From a virus: a stretch of DNA of 64,000 bases. Both the position numbers and the translations under genes were made by a program. Below, one piece after another: positions 21,201 to 33,200 of the stretch. Position 1 is the stretch's first letter. The number at the start of each line of letters is the position of its first letter. The notes under the pieces are model-generated. The model was not told the DNA's origin and did no database searches. It was given only the letters and a program-made list of their open reading frames with translations. The stretch spans positions 8,020 through 72,019 of IMG/VR virus record IMGVR_UViG_3300022602_000075, one strand, 5' to 3'.

Positions 21201-24200
21201 AACTCTAGTACCTAAAAACGATGGGCAGACTAGTACTACAAAAGTAGATTCACTTTCAGTAACAGTACCTAGAAACTTTACATCGACCGAAGAAATGGTG
21301 CCATATGGTACTATATTCCAAACTCCGCAAGCAGTTGCAATATTCTTAGCCAGTTATGGTGCTTACTTAGAAGCGAATGGTGCAACATACGAATATCAAC
21401 TTGGTGCCCTACCAATTAATTGGAATCAAATGATTTCAGAATTCTTGTACTGGGTACAAATTGGTTGGCAGCCGGGCGCAATCACTACACTAAATCCTGC
21501 TGCTTATGAACTTACAATCAATAGAGAAAATCAGATCGTACAGCCACTAAGCGTACAAGGTGCAAACTTTGTATTAAATCAAAACTTGTATCCAATCAAG
21601 AATGCTGACTTATCAATTATCAGAAATGGTACACAGTTTAGCGTTACTCCTCTAAATCAGGGTGACACTATTAGTTATGGACAATTCAACTTGAGTAATT
21701 TTGAAAACGCTTGCGTATTCAACAATACTACAATGTTTGGCGACACTATTTGCGATTTAGTAACTGGCTTAAGACAAAACAGATTATACTTGAGAGGGGC
21801 TAAAACTGCAAGTTGGAATGGTACATACACTGCGTCGGGCTTCATTATCAATCAAAATAATGTGGTACAATGGGATCCGGCAGCCAAGTACACTAAAGGA
21901 CAAATTGTAAAATACAAAAATCAATACTGGGTCGCTCAAGATATTATACAACCAAGCGAAACATTCCAACAAAAGTATTGGTTGCTATCAAACTACAACA
22001 TGATACAAACAGGTTTGTTGCCTAACTCTAGCACTAACTCGCTAGACAGTACATATTACTACAGCAATGAACAGTCTGCACTCAATACAGACACTAACTT
22101 ATTGTGTTACTCATTGATTGGATACAGACAGCGCGATTATGCTGCTATTGCTGATCTAACAGATGTAACACAAGTCAATGTTTATCAGAATTTGATCAAG
22201 ACTAAGGGAAGCACTAATGCGGTTAGCGCATTTAAGGGCGCAACTTTACCTCACGGCGGCATAGATTATAACGTATACGAAAACTGGGCTATTTTGTCTA
22301 GCAATTTTGGCGGCGTGTTAAACAATAACTTTGTTCAGTTTAAACTTAACGCAGCAGAATTAAGTGGTAACCCCTTCATTGTGGGTTTAACTGACGGAGT
22401 ATCTACTACTGGAGTAGAACAAGAAGTACCTCTTTACTCTTTATACAACTACAATTACAGTTCACCTCCAACCAGCCCTAATGTATTACCTACTATAAGC
22501 CAATATGTTCCATCTACATTATTCCCTGATGCTGGATATGTGAACTTCAACGACGTTAAAATGTCGTCTTACTTCTATTCTCAATTGCCTACTGCCGTAA
22601 ATCAACAAGGAGTAATTATACCTCTTACAAGTTTCTACGTAGGTGATTATGTTTGGTTAGCCAATTACTTAAATCAATGGAATGTGTATACTCCAATTTC
22701 ACTTGGTCAAGTTGTTGCTGTAACAAACAATTTAAATAATACTTGCACTGTAACATTCTCACAGATGCACAATTTAAAACAATATGATTTGATCGCCATA
22801 ACAAACTTTAATAGTGCAGTAAACGGATACTATACGGTTAATAATGTTGTTGACAATTATCAGATTACTATATTGTTGTCGTTAACTTCAAGTTCTCGTC
22901 AATTAATTGGTCAAGGCGTAGGTATGTATCTGTCCCCGCAGCGTGTAACTACACCTTCGCAAATCACAAATCTTCCTTTAGATTCTTCTGAGTTTGTTAA
23001 GAACACAGTTTGGGTAGATACTAATAATGACGGTGGATGGGCAGTTTACCAAAAGAACATCAACTATCAGTTAGAAGAAGAAATCACTCAACCGCTCAAT
23101 GATAGTTTGTCGTTTGGTAGTTCTGTAGTTTACAACAGTAACTTAGGTGGCTACTTAATTGGTGACCCTAATTTAGGAAACGTATACAGATATGATCTTA
23201 ACCAGGGCACGGGCGGATATGACTTATTCCAAACATTAACTCATGCTGCATCGTTTGGTTCTTCTATGGTAAACGAAGGATCAATTTATGTAATATCACA
23301 ACCTACAGGTACTCCAACTGTTTATATCTATACTATCAACAATTCGGTACTATCAGATCAACTAATTTCATACCAGGCAGGAATCACTGCGCCTAGCGGC
23401 GTAACTAATTGGGGTAGCGCATTAGCATTATCCGGTGATACTAATTGGTTGTATATCTCAGACACCGGTCATAATAAAGTTTATGTTTACAATAAGCAAA
23501 ATATATTGTTAACTGCTGGCAGTTTTGTGACAGGTGAAACGTACACTATCAACAGCATTGGTACTACAGACTTTACTGCTGTAGGTGCAATCGAAAATAA
23601 AGTAGGAATTACATTTATCGCAACAGGTGCTGGATCAGGTACAGGCACAGCAACTCAATCTACATATAAATCTTCAGCAATCATCGATGCTACTGGATTC
23701 TTGACCACTGGTGATAACTTTGGATACTCAATCGCAACTGATTACTACGGTGATACTGTTGTGATCGGTGCACCAGATGTTGACTACAGCACTGATTATC
23801 AAAACTGGGGTTCTGCGTATGTATATGAAAGAAGTGTGCAGAATTTCATAGCACCATACACATATCCTCTTAACTCAAATCCTGCACCATCTTTCCAATT
23901 AGCATGGTCTCCGTCAGCAGTACAAGTAAGCGTTAATAGTGTTGCAGTTCAAGCAAGCGAATACTCTATTTCAGGATCTACTTTAACATACACCGGTTCT
24001 TTGACCGCGGGAGATATCATCAATGTAAGCGGAAATGTATTCACTAAAGTACAAACACTTACTACACAAAACAATCCTCAAGTAGGAGTGCAGTTTGGTC
24101 TATCAGTAGATACAACTGCTCATGCAGGTGAGATTATTGTCGGTGCCCCATTCGAATTAACACAGCAATTAGTAGAAGGTGCAGTATACAGATTTACTAA

Positions 24201-27200
24201 CGGTGGTGCAGAGTACGGTCAAGTATATGGCACATCACCAGTAGCAACTACTGCTACTCGCACAATACTGATTAATGGCTTTGCTGCAACTATACCTTCT
24301 GGTGCTAATGCAGCAGTAGCAGCAAACACTATTAATCAAACTAATATTATCAACATTACTGCTAGTGCAACTAGCGACAATAAACTAGTTATTAGTTTAA
24401 CCAATCCTGCTTTAGCACAGGCTAATGAAAAATTACTAGTGACGGCACTAAACAGTTCAGCATTGACTGAATTAGGAGTTAATACATACACTCAAACACA
24501 AGTTGTGCTATGCCCACATACAGAAGGGCCAACACAATTTGGTACTGTAGTCAAGTTCAATGAGTCGGGATCATTTGTAGCCAGTGCACCAGTTGGCACT
24601 AGATATGAAGATACGACATTTGATGTTGTAGATTATCCTGATCAGGATACAATCTTTGACAACAATACTACACAATTTATTGAGTCGTTCCCAAATGCTG
24701 GCGCAGTTTACATGTTTGATTATTTGGGTAACTACAACGAAACTCTACAAAATCCTGGATCATTTGTATATGCTCAAAGTGTAAATGCACCAAATCTAAC
24801 ATACGGTCCTCAGCCGCGTTACGGCACTGCTATTGACTTTGTTAGCAATCGAGTTGTAGTTGGCACACCAAATATGTACAATTATGACATTAGTGCAACT
24901 ACACTAACAGCCGGAGTAACATATACTATTGTATTCGTAGGAACAACAGACTTTACTGCAATTGGTGCTGTTTCGAACACGGTTGGTGTTACATTCGTTG
25001 CTACAGGGCCGGCTTCTGGTTCAGGATTTGCTACTGACGGTGATTTAGTAAGTTATGGTCAAGTAATTTCTTACACTAATTCTGTTGGTCAACAAGACTG
25101 GGAAGTTTACAGACAAACTGCACCAATTGTTGATACTGCAAGAATTGGGTACATGCAGATTTTCAGCGCACAAACTAATAACACATTAGTAAACTTAGAC
25201 TACTTTGATCCATTGCAGGACAAGTTATTAGGTGCAGTAGCAGAAAACATTGATGTTATTTCAAACAATGATCCTGCAAGTTACAATAATGGAAATGTAA
25301 CTCAACGTGCATTAGTTTGGGGTAAAGAACATTTAGGCAATATTTGGTTTAATACTTCTAATGTTAGATTCGTAAACTATCACCAAGATGATGTAGTATA
25401 TAACAGTAAGTATTGGGGTGCGGTATTCCCTGGTAGTGATGTTGCAGTATATACTTGGGTAGCAAGCAATAACCCACCTGCAAACTATCAGGGCCCGGGC
25501 ACACCATATAACACTAACCTATACACGATAGAAACTATATTAAATGCCTCACAATCAGCAGTACCTGTTTATTACTTCTGGGTAAGAAACACTAGTATTA
25601 TCTTTAGTGAACAAGGAAAGACTCTATCTGACACCGTGCTGCAATCATATATCAGCAGTCCTCAAAACTCAGGTATAAGTTACATTTCTCCAATACTACC
25701 TAATGTATTCTCAGTGTATAATTCACAGCAGTACTTGAACGGTAATGATAGTGTGCTGAATGTGGGTTATGCTACTGGTGTGACTAACGATCAATATCAC
25801 ACTGAATACTCACTCATTAGAGAAAATTATCCTGATGACTTCTTGCCAGGTTTACCAACTCTAGCAAATCCTACCCCAACATTACTATATCAAAAATTAT
25901 TGTATAGTTTGTCAGGCGTAGACGGAATAGGTCAAGTAGTACCAGATCCGTTCTTGCCAGTAGCAGTGCAATCTGGTGTTGCAGCACGACCAAGACAAAG
26001 TTTCTTCTTAGACAGATTCATAGCACTTCAAAATTACATTGAATTTGCAAACAATGTAATGAGCAAGTATCCTATCACTGAAATCAGAGAAAATGCTACT
26101 TACTTGTATGCTAAAGGTCCGTTCTACGACACATCTAATTATTGGGAGTTTATAAACTGGTGGGCACCTGGCTATGATAATTCTATCAGATCATCTACAG
26201 TAGTACCTTTCTACGCAGATTTGTCAACTTTAAGCGTTGCACCAGGTACTATTGTAAAAGTACAATCTAACGGTGCAGGTAAATCAGAGTGGTATATCTT
26301 AGTAGCTGGAAACGTTTGGAATCGCATAGGGTTACAAAACGGCACAATTCAATTCAAGTCTAGCCTTTGGAATTACAAGGATGCAGGATTTGGTTGGGGT
26401 AATAACTTCTTTGATACTGCGTCATTCGACACGTATCCTAGTGAAGAAACTTATTGGATAGCAAGAGCATTAACTGAACAGATTTATACTAACGAATTGT
26501 TGGCTTACAGAAATAATAGTTTGATCTTATTGTTCCAGTATATTCAAAGCGAATCTGTATCTTCGCAAAACTATCTTACTTGGTTGAACAAGACTTCATT
26601 AGTAGATGTTTCACACAACATCAGACAATTGCTTCCTTATGAAAACTATCAGTCTGACAATCAAGATTTCTTAGCTGGATACTTAGGAGAAGCATTACCT
26701 TACCACGTATTCATTAAAGAGTTTACATATGTATACACTGGTTCTAACACATGGGCCGGTAATGTAATCGACTTTGATTTACCAGCACAATATAACACTA
26801 CAATTGATCAGTTTGTATCACCTCAATTGGTATACAGTAATCCTGATAATGTTTATACATACTCACCAACGAGTCTAATTTGGCAGCAACCTGAGTACTA
26901 TCAGTGGTTTACTAATTATGGAATTAGTCTGACAGGTGAAACCAACTACTTGATCGGTGAAATAACTGCTTATTTGGGATTAGGATCTTCGGTTATTGCA
27001 GTAACAAATGCTTCAGGATTCCCATTAAATGGTGTAATCATGATTGGTGAAGAAAAGATTGCATACTCTACTGTAAACCGTGCAAATAATACTTTAACCA
27101 ACTTAGTAAGAGGTTACGGTGGTACTACTGTTAGCGTTCACTTCCCTGGCGAAAACATTTATATTGACTTGCCAGCAGTTCTAGTATTGAACGGTGGCAG

Positions 27201-30200
27201 AGGGTACACTAATCCACCTAAAGTAACTGCTTATATTGATACTTCAATTTATCCAGCACCTTCAGTACCTGCTCAATTAGAAGCAGTTATGAGTTTAGAC
27301 TCGGTAGTTTCAGTAAATGTTATCGATCCAGGTAATGGATATGCAGTACTCCCACAAATCATTATAGATTACGCTGAGCAAATTGTATTTGCAAGCACAA
27401 ATGTAAATGTACTGTTTAGTACTATTCAGATTCCTACACCTCTCTTACAAACTGGAGACTTAGTAAAATACGAAATGTCTCCAAACGGACAGGCTATTGG
27501 TGGAGTTGAAAACAACCAATGGTACTACATAAACGTACTACAAAGCGCGCCTGCTGTTGTTGTAGCACTTTACACAACTTACTTAGATGCAGTAAGTGAT
27601 ACGAACAGAGTATTCTTCTATAATCAAGGCTCGGGAACTGGTCATACTCTGAATTTAGGCGCAAAAGCATCTGCTGTTTCTACAGCCGCGCCAATCAGAG
27701 AAAACAATATAACATTGAAGTTTGACAGAACTAGTTATAATTCTCAAGTATCAGAATGGACTCCTAATGCATTTTATGGTGCGTTCTTTACTGGGGATGC
27801 ATTAAGTCAGTTACAAACTTCAAGTTCTACGCTGCCATTAAGTAGCACTCAGCCTGATATCAATTCTATATTAACTAGCGCACAAGGCTGTGTATTTGAA
27901 ATCGTAGACACTGGGAACATTCAGCAAGTTGAATGGTCTTCTTTTGTACGCACTGTGTCTGAAACTATAGCCTCAACAAATGCAATTAGATTAATTCTAA
28001 GCAGCAGTACGCTAGAAAATGCTTCAGGTTCTACAGTTGGCATGGTTGAAGGAATGCCGGTACAGTTTAACGGTTTTGTTGGTTCAAGCGGTATTGTACC
28101 AAACACTGTGTACTATGTGAAAGAAGTATTAAGTCTTACAGACTTTACTATTTCAGCAACTTCAGGCGGCAGCACGCTTTCATTGAGCAATCAAGTAATA
28201 ACTGGTGCTGGATTAAATTGCTTAGTTGCACAAGTAACTAATACTGCAACACTGACTATGAACTATCCTGGCATAAGAACTGCTACTTCGGTCACTGCTA
28301 ACAGTATTGCAAAACGTGGTTACATAACTGTACCGTTGAATTCAATTGGTACAGGTGGCACAAAGGGTATGTATTCTGGATTACCTGTATTCTTTGTAGG
28401 GAATGTATTTGGCGGAGTAGTAGCAAATCAAGCATACTATGTCACTACGGTACTAGATAAGCAAAATTTCACAATTTCCACTAGCGCAGACCCATACACG
28501 GTACAAGTAGAAGCAACTAATAGCAGTACCAATTATGTAACTTTGAATAGTACAACTGGACTTTCAGTTAATGATCCTATTGTTATTAACGAAATGGTTG
28601 TTGAAGGGCAAGCAGCAACTAGTTTTGGTAACATCGTTCCTTCTACAATTTACTATGTAAGTCAAATAATCGATGGTTTTAACATAACGATTTCTACTGA
28701 TTATAATGGTAGTACATTTGTGCTGTCTACAGTTTCATCCACTACTACAGTTACTGCTGGTTCTTTTGTAACAGGAGTTACTTATACTATTCTAGATTTA
28801 GGAACTACTGATTTTACTTTGATTGGTGCAGCATCTAATACTATTGGAGTAGTATTTGTCGCAACAGGAGCAGGAACTGGTACAGGTACTGCAACTTGCC
28901 GTTCTTTTGCAACTCTAGTAAGTCAAGCAAATACTGCACTTCTGACTACTTCTATTGGTGACATGACAATCAACTTGTCGCTACCAGTAAGTCCCGGACA
29001 AGTTAATGGTCAGTTGTTTACATTATACAAAACATCACAAGAATATTACCCAATTACATATACAGTTTCTAACGAATTAACTGGCTCAATTGTTGCAACT
29101 ATTGCAGGGGTTAATTATGCTGCTATATCTGCTACATATGGCACAGCAAATTTCTATGTAAACATGCCATTAAGAGTAAGTCACAATATTGGTAACTTGG
29201 TAACAGCAACTACTTACTATGTGACTAGCATTGGTGCAATAACAGTAGAAGTAACAGCAACTGCATCTTCTACAAATAGACTTACTTGCAACGATACTTC
29301 TGTACTCTACGCTAACATGCCAATCGTCTTTAGTGGTACAGGGTTAGGTGGAATCACAATTAGTCAAACATATTATGTAAAAACAATAATAGATTCAACA
29401 CACTTTACTATAAGCACTACACCGAGCGGTACTGTATTAACTCTTACCAGTGACACTGGTTCTATGACAGGCACTGGAGATGCGTATATAACACTATCGA
29501 CTTCGTTGGGAGGTGGCAACGTTTCGTTATCAAGTGACTATGGCCCAGTTACATATACACAGACACCTGTCACTCTGCCTGATATAGCAGTTAATTACTT
29601 AGTAGGTGGCTACTCTGTAACTATCGTAGCCGGGGGGCAAGGAATGGCTACAACTAATGTACTAACAGTAAGCGGTACTGAAGTAGGTGGCGTATCCCCT
29701 GCCAATGACGTTACTATTGAAGTGAATGGAGTAGATAGTCAAGGATCTATAGTAAGTTTAACAGTCACGGGAACAGTACCTGCTGATTCACAAAGCAAGT
29801 ATTACTTAAAAGTAACAGGAACAAATACATTTGAAGTGTATGCTGATCCGTTAATGGCAGTACCTGTAACAGGAATTGGATTCCCATACACGGGAGTAAA
29901 ATCAACTACTGCAACTACAGTTACTGCTTCCAATGACAGAGTTACTGTAGCAGATTCTACAATATTTGCAGTAAATGATTCAGTAGTATTCACTGGAGAA
30001 GTTTTCACTACAGATATTGTATTGGGTCAGACTTATTATATTAAGGCAAAACCAACATCAACTACTGTAACTATTTCTACTCTGCCTGGGGGTACTACAT
30101 TAGATATAACTGCAAATGCATCTGGTTCTATGACTATGGCTGCTTTGGGTTCGTTTGCGTTCTTGTATGAACCATTCTATTTTAACCCAAGCATTGTTAA

Positions 30201-33200
30201 GTTCAGCAATCAACTGTATCGCTGCATAGTTAGCAATAATGATTCAGAATTTGTTTATGGCAAGTGGGAACTATTAGATTCGGGTGATCGTAGAATCAAC
30301 GCACTAGACAGAATTGTTGGATACTATAAGCCTACAGTCAATATGCCTAGTTTCACGTACCATGAGACTTCACCGCTTCAGCCAGGAGTTTCAAGTGTTG
30401 ACTTCTCACAATTATTGACTGGTACTACTTACCCTAACAGCACATACTTAGGTAATCCGTTCCAACCATCGCAACAGTTACCGCTGAATGTAAAACTGCA
30501 AGATCAACCATTTATTGCAACTCTGCCAGCAGTATATGATGTACAAGGCTCAGCATTTACTTCAGGATTCGGCCCAGAAGAACTAGTACCTGGTATTGTA
30601 TCTGACAATCTATCTATGATAGTTAATACGCTACCGGGTAGTAATTGGGATCCTGCTCAATATGCACATGACGGTTATAATGTAGTATCTCTACAATTTA
30701 CACCTGCTTATTCAACCCAAACTGTTTACAGTTTTGATAGAGCAGTTCAAGTGCCCGCACAAGTAGCAGTATTTGTGATTAATGGTTCTACTCAATTGTC
30801 TACTAGCATCTATAATAGCATAGATTATACTGTTGATTGGGTAAACAGTACTGTAATATTGAATAGTCCTCTAGCAGCATCTAATACTCTAAGAATAGAT
30901 GTGTACGAAGTAGGCAATGGATACCAATTAGTCAAGTCAAGTACTAAGCGTGACCCTATTATACTAGATCCAGTTACTGGATTCAATGGAATTCCATTAG
31001 ATTGCAACTATGCCGGTAATATCAATAACGGCAACGGAATAGTAAGACCGGGTACGGCACCTATACAAACCAATGCTACTGCTACTATAAGCGCAACAAA
31101 TTCTATTGTAGTAGACAATGTATCAAGTTTCATATTAAACAGTCCAATTACATTCCAAGGTAGCACTTTTGGAAACATTGTAGCAGGTACTACTTATTAT
31201 GTAAAAACAATCAGCACTGTAACAGACAGTATTACGGTGTCTACAACATATGATATTTCAACCGGTATAGCAGGATCTACATTCCACTTAAGTGACGCGG
31301 TGGGTAGTATGGTCTGCATCATCGAAACTGGCAACGGAGTATTCTGGAGTCCTCCAGTCGTATATCACAATGGTAATAAACTAGTTTTGGGAACTATAAA
31401 TTTTGCGATTTCAACTTCAGCAAGCACAGGATACATAACATGTAACTCTACTTCTGGATTAATAGCAAACACACCTATTAAGTTTAGCAATACAATGTTT
31501 GGTGGCGTAACTCCACAAACAACTTATTACATTTCTCATATTTTGGATTCTTATAAATTTAGTATATCTGCTACTCCTGGTGGAGCACCATTAACATTGA
31601 CCGATGCAGTTGGTGGAGCATCGTTTATTACAAACGACTATGCTGCTGCGCTTTCGGCAGACGGTTTTACAGCCAAATTAGTGTTTGCTTCACTTTATGA
31701 TCCTTCAGTAGATTATATTACCTATACACTGTTTGGAGAAACAGTTCCTCAATATAGCTATACTATACCTGAAACTCAAGTCTTTTCAAATATCACAGGA
31801 TCTTCATTTACTTTAACTAATTATGTAGTTGAAGATAATCCTACTAACGCTATAGTAGAAGTAAATGGCGTAAGACAAACGGCTGCACAGTACACTATCA
31901 GCAGTTTATCAAACACCATAACATTCAATACTCCTCCACCGATCGGAAGTACAGTTGCAGTAACATCATATAACTTGACTGATAATCAATACTTTAATAC
32001 TCAATATGGTATTAGTGGTTCTTCTCTGTCTGCATCTACTACAGTTATAGTATCTGCTACAACAAACACAGTATCAACTTATGACCAAAACGGCACAGTT
32101 GGATATGACACTCAATTGTACGCAGAAAATCTAAACACGCTAACACTAGATACTGGATATAACACTTCAGTGTTCACAATAGGTCAAGTGATTGTGTTCT
32201 CTGCTCCAACTATCGGCGGTATAGTAGCCGGTAAAAACTATTACATAGCACAAATAATAGATTCTTCTACGTTTACTATTTCGGAACTATTAGGTGGCGC
32301 ACCAATTGCGGTAACTACTGCTACGGGAACAATGACTGGAAATCTAAACGGCATCACAGTAGCCGCGATTACTAATATCAGTAATGTCATATCAGATCCT
32401 CTTGCTACTACAACAGTAACTGGAACATCTTCTATAACTAACTTGATTACTTGTGCTTCAACTACTAACTTTGCTTTAAATCAAACTGTGCAGTTTGAGG
32501 CTAGTGTTATTTCCGCTACATCAATTGTTATAGGGGCAACATATAGAATTGAATCATTAGGTACAACTGATTTTACAACTATAGGTGCTGCTACAAATGC
32601 GGTTGGGGTAATCTTTATTGCTACAGGAGTGGGTACTGGTACAGGCACTGCACTATTGGCTACATTTGGCAACATAGATTTGTTGGGCCAAGTGTACTTT
32701 GTAAAAACTAAAGACAGTTCTACAACATTCTCTATTTCGGATCAAGCAGGTAACACAATTACATTAGGTACTGATTCCGGTTCGATAAAAGCAATAGTCG
32801 GTGGACAACCTACTATTAGAATAACAACTGGCGTACTTAATACTTTTGAAGACAATACTCTTGTTAGAATTGATGGAACATTGGGTTCTACACAATTAAA
32901 TAACCAGACGTTCTACGCTAAAGTAATTACAACTACTCAGTTTGACATTTACTCACAACCATACAGTCCTGCGTTTGGGGCTATTAACTCTCCAGTTACT
33001 AATGTATCTACTTGGCTTGGCGGTGGATATGCATGGAGAGATGGGCTATTCACTATAATTGATACCAAAGCAACTGCGACCGCACCGAATGGACTAATCA
33101 CTGTTAATTCGACTACAGAGTTAATATTGGGTACCCCAGTATACTTCACTGTTTCGGGAACAGCACTTGGTTCAACCATTATGGGAGGATTAATCGCAGG

